From: Deltaproteobacteria bacterium
Lineage (GTDB): Bacteria; Myxococcota_A; UBA9160; UBA6930
Direction: 5' to 3'
NCBI GenBank assembly: GCA_031401135.1
Contig: JANNRF010000345.1
Span: 729-64,728, forward strand
DNA: 64,000 nt
A program made the translations under genes and the position numbers. The notes under the pieces were generated by a model. It had not been told where the DNA came from. It worked only from the letters and a program-made list of their open reading frames with translations, and made no database searches. Position 1 is the stretch's first letter. Each line of letters starts with the position of its first letter. This document shows, in pieces, positions 1-8,209 of this stretch.

Positions 1-68
1 ACGAGGTCGAGGCCTTGCGCACCAACGGCGCGACGTGAAGCTGTACCCCCAACGACATCGGGGGTGAC

Positions 69-680
69 ATGCAGAGCAACCGCATCTCTCAGGGCTTCGG
101 CATCGCGCTGCTAGCCGTCCTACTTGTTACGGCAGGCTGCGCAACGAGCGGGGGCAACAGCAGTGGCGGCCCCTCCGCGACGGAAACCGCGCCGAACTCC
201 ACCTACGAGAAGGACACCGTGCTGCGCCAAGCCGAAGGCGTCTTCGGCGAAGGCGCCGAGGGCATCGGCGACCTGATCGAGCGCTCGTTCAAGAGATTCG
301 GCCGCCCCAACGCCGTAATCCGTGGCGAAGAAGGCGGCGGCGCATTGGTCGCCGGCGTCCGTTACGGCAAAGGCCAGCTCTTCTTCGCTGGAGGAGGCGC
401 CCGCAAGATCTACTGGCAGAGCCCCTCGATCGGCTTCGACGCCGGCGGCAACGCCGCCAAGACCTTCATCATGGTCTACAACCTGAAGAGCACGCAGGAT
501 CTCTTCCAACGCTACCCAGCTGTCGACGGCAGCTTGTATTTCATCGGCGGCGCCGGCCTCAACTACAACCAGATCGACGACACCGTGCTCGCAGTCATCA
601 GGGTCGGAGTCGGCTGGAGAGCTGGTGTGAGCATCGGCTACCTGAAGTTCACGCCCGAAGCGAGCATCAACCCCTTCTGA
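69..680 (+). CDS. Lipoprotein of unknown function (resembles DUF1134 family, from memory)
   Basis: ATG ORF from the track. N-terminal signal peptide with lipobox LLVTAG|C. Gly-rich repeats (GGGALVAGVRYGKG, FIGGAGLNY). TGA stop. Confidence 0.7.
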   Translation: MQSNRISQGFGIALLAVLLVTAGCATSGGNSSGGPSATETAPNSTYEKDTVLRQAEGVFGEGAEGIGDLIERSFKRFGRPNAVIRGEEGGGALVAGVRYGKGQLFFAGGGARKIYWQSPSIGFDAGGNAAKTFIMVYNLKSTQDLFQRYPAVDGSLYFIGGAGLNYNQIDDTVLAVIRVGVGWRAGVSIGYLKFTPEASINPF

Positions 681-730
681 CGCAAAAGGCGCGCGCAGCG
701 CGTTCCCTTGCTAGCCCAAACGCGAAGCGT

Positions 731-763
731 GGAATCAGCGCGCCTCAACGGCGCGCTGATTCC
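731..763 (+). terminator. Perfect 14-bp stem hairpin downstream of the lipoprotein gene
   Basis: GGAATCAGCGCGCC (731-744), loop TCAAC, GGCGCGCTGATTCC (750-763). Lies 50 nt after the stop at 680. No U-tract follows. Confidence 0.45.
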
Positions 764-833
764 ACCCTCCCACCCCGTCCACCGCTGCGCGAATAACAAG
801 CACAACGCAAGCATGAGAGCGCACCGCCGAGGA

Positions 834-1049
834 GCGCGGGGCGAGGCGGGGGTCCCGGAGCGGAGTAGCGCGAGACCGCGCAACCAAGGCGCTCACACCG
901 CTGCGCCCCAACAGCTCGGGCAACGCCACGGGACACCTCGCTGCGTTCACCTACGCGTTCGCGCGACTGCCGCGGGACACCGGCTTTCGCACCGCATGCG
1001 CATCCCGCAAGCGTATGACGCGGAGCGGAGCCCCCGCCTCGCCCCGCGC
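834..1049. repeat. About 216-nt non-coding element bounded by a perfect 19-bp inverted repeat
   Basis: GCGCGGGGCGAGGCGGGGG (834-852) is the exact reverse complement of CCCCCGCCTCGCCCCGCGC (1031-1049). Direct repeat CGGAGCGGAG at 856-865 and 1021-1030 abuts the arms. It sits in a 443-nt gap between convergent genes. Confidence 0.5.
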
Positions 1050-1122
1050 GGCGCCACGAACGCAGGCTCTTCTCTTCTGCTCGGCGGCGAGTCCCCAATG
1101 CCGCCGATCCTCGCCCCGTCGC

Positions 1123-2130
1123 CTACTCGAACCCCCGCATCAACAACATCAACGTGTCGTACTCGAGCTCCGCCACCCTTCGCCCCGATGCCGCCAGCAC
1201 AATCGAAGGCACCGAGCCGTCGAGATGTTGCTTCGCCTGCCCCGCGAGCCCGAGCCCCCAGCGCAGCGTGCCCTGCGCCTTCCACCATTGATAACGTGCC
1301 TCGTTCCATTCGCCGCCCGCTTCCTGATAACCCGCGCGCAAATCGTCGCGCGTGCCGAAGCCGCCCACTTCGAGCGAGTCATTGCGGAAGCGCCACATGC
1401 GCTGCGCCACCCAGCCAGCGTCCTCCATCGGATCGCCGAGGTGGCAGCCCTCCCAGTCGAGCGAGGCGCGCAGGCCGTCGGCGCCGACGATCAGGTTGCC
1501 GTTGCGGAAATCGCCGTGGACGACCGTAATGCGTTCCGGCCCGCGCGGACGATTGCGCTTCAGCCAGTTGAAGCAGAGCGTGAACGTGGGCGATGGCTGG
1601 AGCAGTTCGTCGAGTTGGCGCCGCGAAGTCGCGAGCGCCGCTTCGAGCGGGTCGCCGCTCGGCCGCAGCACGAGCGGGTGCGCTCGCGACGCATCCGCCG
1701 CGTGCAGCATGGCGAGCGCAGCGCCGCACTGGCGCGCGAGCCGCGGCCCGAGGCCAGGCGTTTTCTCCACGAGCCGTAACACCTGACGCGGGATCGTCTC
1801 GCCCGCCACACGGGAAGTCAGGAAGAACGGCCCGCCTACCCAAGAGGTGTCGCTGGTGGCGGCGTGCACATGGGGCACCGGCATGCCCGCCGCTTCGGCG
1901 AGCTGCAGATTCGAGGCTTCCACCTCGATCGGGACGAGTTGCATCGCGGCGAAGGGCACGATCGTCGCGACCAACCCGGTGCGCTCGCCGCCTGCGACCG
2001 CGTCGAACAGCACGTTGCGGCGGCGCGCGCCTGCCGAAGCCAGGTCCAGGTTCTCAATGGCGACCGGCTTGCCCCACTTGTGCGACAAGTAAGCAGCAAG
2101 CCCCTTCTGAGTTTGATCGAGGACGCTCAC
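1123..2130 (-). CDS. Phosphotransferase family protein (APH/choline-kinase fold, acyl-CoA-dehydrogenase-associated type)
   Basis: 335-aa ORF. Catalytic-loop motif VVHGDFRNGNLIV and a DWE motif. Normal high-GC3 codon usage. Confidence 0.88.
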   Translation of the reverse strand: MSVLDQTQKGLAAYLSHKWGKPVAIENLDLASAGARRRNVLFDAVAGGERTGLVATIVPFAAMQLVPIEVEASNLQLAEAAGMPVPHVHAATSDTSWVGGPFFLTSRVAGETIPRQVLRLVEKTPGLGPRLARQCGAALAMLHAADASRAHPLVLRPSGDPLEAALATSRRQLDELLQPSPTFTLCFNWLKRNRPRGPERITVVHGDFRNGNLIVGADGLRASLDWEGCHLGDPMEDAGWVAQRMWRFRNDSLEVGGFGTRDDLRAGYQEAGGEWNEARYQWWKAQGTLRWGLGLAGQAKQHLDGSVPSIVLAASGRRVAELEYDTLMLLMRGFE

Positions 2131-2513
2131 CGCAGCTGCTCCCCACTGAAGTCGTAATCATCGTGGCCGGGCTTCGCGATCGCGAGCTTGCCGCGCACGA
2201 TTTCGAGCAGCGCCGGTACTGCGCGCTGCTCGAGTGCCGCGTCGTGCCCCGCCTCGAGCCTCGCGACGAGCGCCGCGCTCAGGCTCTTCGCATCGCGCCC
2301 GCCCGTTGATTCGCCTAACACGCTCGCGAGCAACTCCGTTTCGCGCGCCTCCTGCGCCGCGCCGAGCGCCGCCTCACGTTCGAGGATGCGGCACAGGTTG
2401 CCCGCGACGCGCACCTGATGCTTCAGGCCGCCGCTGGTTGCGTCGAGCACGGCGCCTTCGAGCAGCTCCGCGATAGTGGCGAGCAACTCGCTCGCGGTCG
2501 GTCGATCCTGCAT
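2127..2513 (-). CDS. Small helical protein (resembles DUF6285, usually paired with APH-type phosphotransferases)
   Basis: 128-aa ORF. Its stop overlaps the downstream start by 4 nt (2127-2130), which suggests translational coupling. Confidence 0.65.
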   Translation of the reverse strand: MQDRPTASELLATIAELLEGAVLDATSGGLKHQVRVAGNLCRILEREAALGAAQEARETELLASVLGESTGGRDAKSLSAALVARLEAGHDAALEQRAVPALLEIVRGKLAIAKPGHDDYDFSGEQLR

Positions 2514-2571
2514 GCGTGCGCTCCTGCGAAGGAGCGCAGCATATCGCCGAGCGCCGGGCGGTTTCGACCCA

Positions 2572-3654
2572 CTAGCGAAGCCCCGGCATCACCTCGGCCG
2601 CGAGCCGCTGCACCGCGCTGCTCGCTTCCTTCGCGTCGACGCCCGCGGTTGGGCCGATCAACACGAGCTTCGAGAGGCCGAGGCCAACGAGTTCGCGGAG
2701 GCGCGCGATGCATGCAGCGGGCGGCCCGACGACCGCGAAGCGATCGACGAAGGCGGGCGAGAGCAGGCCGGCCTGCGCGGAATCGCCGCGCGTGTGCTGG
2801 GTCATGTGGTAGCCGCGGTGCACTTCGGCGAGGACGCTGCGCTGCTCGTCGCTCGCGGGGCCGGCCACCTTGCCATGCATTACGGAGAAGCGCGCGAAAG
2901 TGGAGAGCCCGCCGCGCACGAGTGTGCGCGCGACCGCGATGTCAGCGTGCGTGGCGACGTTCACGAAAGCGCCGATGCGCAGCGCCGCCGGATCGCGGCC
3001 CGCGGCGCGCGCGGCTTCACGCGTCTGCGCGATGCCCCAAGCGATGCGCTCGGGATCCGCGCCCACCGCGAGCAGCACAGCGTCTGCGTGGCACGCCGCC
3101 GCCGTAATCACTCGTGGCCCCGTGCAGGCCACCTCCACCGCAACCTTCGCGAGATCGCCTGGGCGCGAGTGCAGCTTGCTCGCCTTCGGCGCGTCGGCGA
3201 GGCCGAGCGATGCGATCGGCGGCGCCGCGCGCTCGTCGAACGAGACTTGCTCGAACGGCAACGCGTCGCCGCGCAGGTACGCCTGAAGCTCCGCGAGATA
3301 GCGCTCGAGCACGGCGACGCGCGCAGGTGCGCGGCCGAGGTGCGCGAGCGCGGAATCGCCGCGGCCGATCCCTAACACCGCACGCCCGCCGGAGATCGCG
3401 TGCACGCTCGCGATTGCGGAAGCGGTAGCCGCGGCGTGGCGCGTGGCCGGGTTTGTTACGCCCGTCATCAGCTTCACGCGCTCCGTCTCGCGCGCCGCGA
3501 GCGCGAGCGCCACGTACGGGTCGCCGGAGAGGTTCTGCGAATCCACCACCGCGAAGCCATCAAAGCCAGCGCGCTCGGCGCGCTGCGCTTGCAGTGCGGC
3601 GCTGCGCGCGTCCGCGACGCCGAGGGTCCAGAGTTCGAGTGCCGGCGCGCTCAG
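2572..3654 (-). CDS. LLM-class (luciferase-like) flavin/F420-dependent oxidoreductase; start uncertain
   Basis: Track ORF 2572..3549 contains TGVTNPATRH and SGGRAVLGIGRGDS. LLM-like sequence (ALELWTLGVADARSAALQAQRAERAGFDGFAVVDSQNL) continues in frame upstream of the GTG at 3549. The only candidate start there is CTG at 3654, 6 nt after GGGAGG. Confidence 0.8.
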   Translation of the reverse strand: MSAPALELWTLGVADARSAALQAQRAERAGFDGFAVVDSQNLSGDPYVALALAARETERVKLMTGVTNPATRHAAATASAIASVHAISGGRAVLGIGRGDSALAHLGRAPARVAVLERYLAELQAYLRGDALPFEQVSFDERAAPPIASLGLADAPKASKLHSRPGDLAKVAVEVACTGPRVITAAACHADAVLLAVGADPERIAWGIAQTREAARAAGRDPAALRIGAFVNVATHADIAVARTLVRGGLSTFARFSVMHGKVAGPASDEQRSVLAEVHRGYHMTQHTRGDSAQAGLLSPAFVDRFAVVGPPAACIARLRELVGLGLSKLVLIGPTAGVDAKEASSAVQRLAAEVMPGLR

Positions 3655-4850
3655 GCTGCGCCTCCCAACTTCGCAATCTCGTCAGCCGTGAATCCCGCCT
3701 CCCGTAACACCTCCGCCGTGTGCTCGCCGAGTTGCGGCACGCCGTGGCGCACGTCTGTGGGGGTCTGCGAGTAGCGCGGCGGCGAGCGCAACACGTGCAG
3801 CGCGCCCGCGTGCGCGTCAGGCAGCTCGACGAGCACGCCGTTCGCGACGGCTTGCTCGTCGGCGAAGAAGCCGCGCATGTCGTTGATCGTCGCGATCGGC
3901 GCCTCGAACTCGCGCGCCCGTGTGGCGAGCTCTGCGTTCGTGAACTTGCCGATCTCGGCGGCGATCAGTTCGTAGAGCGCAGGCGCGTTCATGATTCGCG
4001 AAACGAGGCTGCCGAAGCGCGGATCGCTGATGACCGCTTCGAGCCCGAGCACGCGCATGACCGCTTCGAACTGTCGGTTCTCGATGATCACGATCGCGAC
4101 GTGGCCATCCTGCGTGGGCCACGCGCGGTAGAGCCCGTCGCCCACGCTCGGGGGCGGCGGCGGCGGTTCGCCGAACAGGCGCGGGCCTAACACGTCGGGC
4201 AACAGGAAGCTCGCGAACGCGTCGAGCATCGGCACGTCCACGCGCTGGCCCTTGCCGCTGCGCTCGCGCGCGAACAGCGCTGCGAGCGTCGACCAGGCGG
4301 CGGTCATGCCGCTGGTCTTGTCGGCCAACAAGTTCGGGATGAGCTTCGGCGGGCCCGTGCCGCCGAGCACGCGTGCGAAACCACTCCGCGCTTGGATCAC
4401 CATGTCGTAGGCGGGCTGATGCGCGTCGGGGCCGTCGGGCCCGAAGCCGCTGATGGCGGTGTAGACGAGCCGCGGGTTGTCTTGCGCGAGCCGCTCGTAG
4501 CCGAGCCCGAGGCGATCCATAACGCCCGGGCGGAAGTTCTCGAGCACGACGTCGGTCTTCGCCGCGAGGCGCAAGAAGGCGAGCTTCGCGTCGGGGTTCT
4601 TCAGGTCGAGCACTACGCTGCGCTTGTTACGGTTCAGCTGAGCGAACAGGCCGGTGACGCTGCCGCGGCGCTCGCCCATCACGCGCGTCGAATCGCCCGT
4701 GGGCGTCTCGATCTTCACGACATCGGCGCCGAGATCGCCGAGGATCTGGGCGCAGAACGGGCCCGAGACGATGGTGGAGAGATCGAGCACGCGAATGCCG
4801 CGAAGCGGCCCCGTGCTCTCGCTGCCGATCGCGACGCGCATGGAGGACAT
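3651..4850 (-). CDS. Family III CoA-transferase (CaiB/BaiF)
   Basis: 399-aa ORF. N-terminal motif [31 protein letters not shown]. Confidence 0.9.
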   Translation of the reverse strand: MSSMRVAIGSESTGPLRGIRVLDLSTIVSGPFCAQILGDLGADVVKIETPTGDSTRVMGERRGSVTGLFAQLNRNKRSVVLDLKNPDAKLAFLRLAAKTDVVLENFRPGVMDRLGLGYERLAQDNPRLVYTAISGFGPDGPDAHQPAYDMVIQARSGFARVLGGTGPPKLIPNLLADKTSGMTAAWSTLAALFARERSGKGQRVDVPMLDAFASFLLPDVLGPRLFGEPPPPPPSVGDGLYRAWPTQDGHVAIVIIENRQFEAVMRVLGLEAVISDPRFGSLVSRIMNAPALYELIAAEIGKFTNAELATRAREFEAPIATINDMRGFFADEQAVANGVLVELPDAHAGALHVLRSPPRYSQTPTDVRHGVPQLGEHTAEVLREAGFTADEIAKLGGAA

Positions 4851-4967
4851 GCGGCCAGCCTATCACGGCGAAGAGGCGACTCGGCGCGCGCAGTGGAGCG
4901 CGCGCGTTTCCTATGGCGCGCGCGGCGCGCTGCAAGCCATGCTGCAACTCCCGCCCAAGGAGCCGCC

Positions 4968-5774
4968 ATGTCCGATCCTTACGCCGAGTACACCGAGCTG
5001 AAGTTCGAGCGGCCGCGGCCGGGCGTGCTCGCGGTCGTGCTCGATGGCCCGGGCCTCAACAGCGTCAACCAACGCATGCACCGCGAACTCGCCGATGTCT
5101 GGCGCACGATCGATCGCGACCCGGAGGTGCGCATCGCGCTGATCCGCGGCGCCGGCAAGGCCTTCTCCGCGGGCGGCAGCTTCGACCTAATCGATGGCGT
5201 GATCGGCGACCACGCGACGCGCCTGCGCATCATGCGCGAAGCGCGCGATCTCGTTTACAACGTGATCGATTGCAGCAAGCCGATCGTGTCGGCGATTCAC
5301 GGGCCCGCGGTGGGCGCGGGCCTGGTCGCCGGATTGCTCGCAGACATTTCGGTAGTCGGCCGCACCGCGCGCATCATCGACGGGCATACGCGGCTCGGTG
5401 TCGCAGCGGGCGATCACGCCGCGATCTGCTGGCCGCTGCTCTGCGGCATGGCGAAGGCGAAGTATTATTTGCTGACGTGCGACACGCTGACGGGCGAAGA
5501 GGCGGAGCGCATTGGGCTCGTCTCGCTTTGCGTGGACGACGCGCAGGTGCAGGAGCGTGCGCTCGCGATCGCCGAGCAACTCGCGAACGGGGCGCAGAGC
5601 GCGCTGCGTTACACGAAGCAAACGCTGAACGCGTGGTATCGCCAGTTCGGCGCCACGTTCGACGCCTCGCTCGCGCTCGAGTTCATTGGCTTCGGCGGGC
5701 CTGATGCGCGCGAAGGCGTGGCCTCCCATCGCGAAAAGCGCGCGCCGAAGTTTGGCGGGCCAACGGGGGAGTAG
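4968..5774 (+). CDS. Enoyl-CoA hydratase/isomerase (crotonase) family
   Basis: In-frame ATG at 4968 inside track ORF 4392..5774. [28 protein letters not shown]..., [12 protein letters not shown] and [10 protein letters not shown] oxyanion-hole motifs. Confidence 0.9.
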   Translation: MSDPYAEYTELKFERPRPGVLAVVLDGPGLNSVNQRMHRELADVWRTIDRDPEVRIALIRGAGKAFSAGGSFDLIDGVIGDHATRLRIMREARDLVYNVIDCSKPIVSAIHGPAVGAGLVAGLLADISVVGRTARIIDGHTRLGVAAGDHAAICWPLLCGMAKAKYYLLTCDTLTGEEAERIGLVSLCVDDAQVQERALAIAEQLANGAQSALRYTKQTLNAWYRQFGATFDASLALEFIGFGGPDAREGVASHREKRAPKFGGPTGE

Positions 5775-5783
5775 GCGCGCGCC

Positions 5784-6941
5784 TCACATCCACGGGTCGT
5801 CGCGGAGCCCGAGCTTCGGCCACGGGCCGTAACAGATCGGCTGGCAGTTCCCGACGCCGACGCCACCGCCGACCGGATCGATCACGCGCACCGCGGAGTC
5901 GCGGATCTGGTGGAGCCTGCGCGCAGCGCTTGGCTCACTGCAATCGAGGATGCGCTCGCCGTCGAGGTGCTGAGGCCCGCGCCACTCGCCGTGGTGATGC
6001 CCATCGAGGCCGAAGTAGAGCCCCGCTCCGAGCTGCACCCCCGTGTCGCTCAGCACTTCGAGCGTGATCGGCCGCTCGCTGCCATCGGCCATGCGCCCGA
6101 GCAGCCGGCCGCCGAGCAGGCGCCGGTTATCAGGGTGAAAGCGCAGCTCGGGTGCGAGATCGACGATCGCTTCCTCGCGCCCGTCCGGGTGCTCGATCTT
6201 CGAAGTGACGTGTTTCTGCGTGAAGCCCGGGCCTTCGGTGAGCGTGTAATGCAGGAACATCCCGTAACGCGAGCCGTCGGCGCGCGTCAGCAGCAGCGGG
6301 CACCAGATCATCTGAAAGCCGAAGCCGGGCGGGATTGCTGGGCGCGGCTTGGTGTCGGTCGGTGGCGTACCGACGTCGTAACGCACGCCCCAGGAGTGGT
6401 CGCGCGTCGAGACCCAGTTATCAGGGTCGAGGGCGATGCGCTCGCCATCGAGTTCGAGCCAGCCCGAGCAAGTTCCAATTTGGTGGTACCGCACGAGTTC
6501 CGCCGACATGCGGAAATCGTGGCGCATGAAGGTGCGCTCCTCGATCGCGGGCTGGAGGGCCGCCTCGAACAACCAGTCGAAGGCGAGCGGCTGGCAGGCG
6601 TTTCGCTCGAGCCGAAAGCGAACCCGCCGGAGCGGCTCGACGACTTCATAATGGATCGGCCCCGCGAAGACGCGCACTGGGTCTGCCGCCAGCTCGCGGC
6701 TCGCGCGCACCGTCAGCTGCTCCTTGCCGCGGGAGAGCGCCGCGTAGCCGTCCATCACGTTGCGGTTCGGATACTTCCCGAGGCCGAAGCCGAGCTGCAG
6801 CGAGCCGTCGCGCGCCATCGCCATCGCGCAAACTTTCTCGGTCCAGGCCGGGTCGCTCGTGCCGACGTGCGCAAACGTTTCCGCGACCTGATGCGTGAAG
6901 GTTTCGTCCGCCGGCAGCACGGGTCCAATCGGGTTGGTCAC
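5784..6941 (-). CDS. Conserved hypothetical protein
   Basis: Coding-like from GTG 6941 (VTNPIGPVLPADETFTHQV...), just downstream of the stop of the upstream gene at 6949. The Arg-rich N-terminal extension in the track is discarded. Confidence 0.65.
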   Translation of the reverse strand: MTNPIGPVLPADETFTHQVAETFAHVGTSDPAWTEKVCAMAMARDGSLQLGFGLGKYPNRNVMDGYAALSRGKEQLTVRASRELAADPVRVFAGPIHYEVVEPLRRVRFRLERNACQPLAFDWLFEAALQPAIEERTFMRHDFRMSAELVRYHQIGTCSGWLELDGERIALDPDNWVSTRDHSWGVRYDVGTPPTDTKPRPAIPPGFGFQMIWCPLLLTRADGSRYGMFLHYTLTEGPGFTQKHVTSKIEHPDGREEAIVDLAPELRFHPDNRRLLGGRLLGRMADGSERPITLEVLSDTGVQLGAGLYFGLDGHHHGEWRGPQHLDGERILDCSEPSAARRLHQIRDSAVRVIDPVGGGVGVGNCQPICYGPWPKLGLRDDPWM

Positions 6942-6948
6942 AGCGGCC

Positions 6949-8049
6949 TCATTGCCAGTAACTGCCGGCGAGCATCTGCTCGAGCAGCGGGCGGTGCGGG
7001 ATCGTGGCGTCGAGGTCTGCCGGCCAGCTGGCCTCGCCGAAGTGCACCGCGCGCGCCTGGATGCGCGCCATGATGATGGCATGGCGCAGCGCGGCGTAGG
7101 CCTCGTACCAACGCAGGTCGATCCCCTGGCCTGTTAGGCGCGCGTACTCGGCGGAGACGTCCGCGGCGCGCAGGAACTCCGGCATGCCGGGCAGGCCCGC
7201 GCCGCGCGCGATCATCTGGAAGAACGCGTGCAGGAACACGAGCCAGCCGAGATCGAGCCCGCGCGGGCCCGGCGCCGCCATCTCCCAATCGAGCACCGCC
7301 GCGGGCGCGAAGCCGTCGTAGAGCACATTGCCGATCCGCGAGTCGCCCCAACTGATTACGGTCTCGCCCTCGTCCACAGGCCAGTGCGCGTCGAGCCACG
7401 CGAACGCGCTCTCGATCACCGGGTAGCGCCGGCCTTGGCGCATCCAGTCGTAGAAGCGGCGCTGGTTCTCGACGTGACGGCGCAGCGCGGTGGCGCCGGG
7501 CAGCGGAAACTCGAGGAAGCTCGCGCCGGACTTGTCGAGGTCTATCGCGTGGAGCTTCGCGATCGCGGCGATCGTCGCGTTCTGGAGCGCGCGCTGCTCG
7601 CCGGGGCTCGCTTCCGAGAGCCAGCTGCTCATCGGGTAGGGCATGATGTCCGGCGGCACGCGGCCGGCGACGCGATCCATTAGGAAGAACGGCGAGCCGA
7701 TGCGCGCGGCGTCGAGTTCGAGCCAGCGCACGTTCGGCGCCGGCACGCCGCCGCGCGCCGCGATCTGCATCACGCCGAATTGCGCGGCGAGGTCGTAGTT
7801 AGGGAAGACCGGCACGTCGCGCGGATCCGGCGCGACGCGCGCCACGAACGGCGCAGTGCGCTCCGCGCGTGCCTCGCGCCAGGTCGCCTCGAACAGCAGC
7901 GTCTCGCTCGACATGCCCGTGCCCGAGGGGCTCGCGAGGTTGCCGATGCGCGCGCCGGGCAGCTTCGCCGCGAGCCACTGCTCGAGCCGCGCGCGCGTTT
8001 GCTCGAGATCGCGCGTCGAGCGCTTAGGGTTCGCGATGGCCTCGGGCAT
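6949..8049 (-). CDS. Phosphotransferase family protein (APH-like), paralog of 1123..2130
   Basis: ATG at 8049 (MPEAIANPKRSTRDLEQTRARLEQWLAAKLPG...). Motif ISWGDSRIGNVLY, then LDWEMA. Confidence 0.85.
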   Translation of the reverse strand: MPEAIANPKRSTRDLEQTRARLEQWLAAKLPGARIGNLASPSGTGMSSETLLFEATWREARAERTAPFVARVAPDPRDVPVFPNYDLAAQFGVMQIAARGGVPAPNVRWLELDAARIGSPFFLMDRVAGRVPPDIMPYPMSSWLSEASPGEQRALQNATIAAIAKLHAIDLDKSGASFLEFPLPGATALRRHVENQRRFYDWMRQGRRYPVIESAFAWLDAHWPVDEGETVISWGDSRIGNVLYDGFAPAAVLDWEMAAPGPRGLDLGWLVFLHAFFQMIARGAGLPGMPEFLRAADVSAEYARLTGQGIDLRWYEAYAALRHAIIMARIQARAVHFGEASWPADLDATIPHRPLLEQMLAGSYWQ

Positions 8050-8209
8050 GCGCGGGCTCCGTGCGAGAAGCCGCGACCCTAGCGCGCTCGCGCTGCGCCG
8101 AAGTCGGCGACCGCACGCGCCATTCACGAGCGCAGTGCCGCGGAGATTGGCGGCGCGACCGGATCTGGCGTTCCCTGCGAGAGGCCCGCCCTTCCTGGAG
8201 ACCCCGCCC

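Noticed and set aside
1-38. A possible 3' end of an upstream + strand gene (...EVEALRTNGAT-TGA).
   Set aside because: Only 12 codons are visible, which is too short to support a call.
708-1529. Long ORFs in the track that overlap real genes or gaps in other frames. Examples are 708..1529, 1593..2309, 2418..3107, 9163..10431, 24897..26642, 31069..32700, 39781..40731, 57773..58747, 59052..60365 and 59746..61113.
   Set aside because: Their translations are Arg/Ala/Pro/Gly-rich low-complexity strings with no motifs. They run antisense or out of frame to ORFs with clear family signatures. Stop-poor alternative frames are expected at about 70% GC.
8050-8209. A possible Moco riboswitch in the 160-nt leader of the molybdopterin oxidoreductase gene.
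   Set aside because: I could not match the conserved Moco-motif elements by eye. A covariance-model scan would be needed to test it, so it is not reported as a feature.
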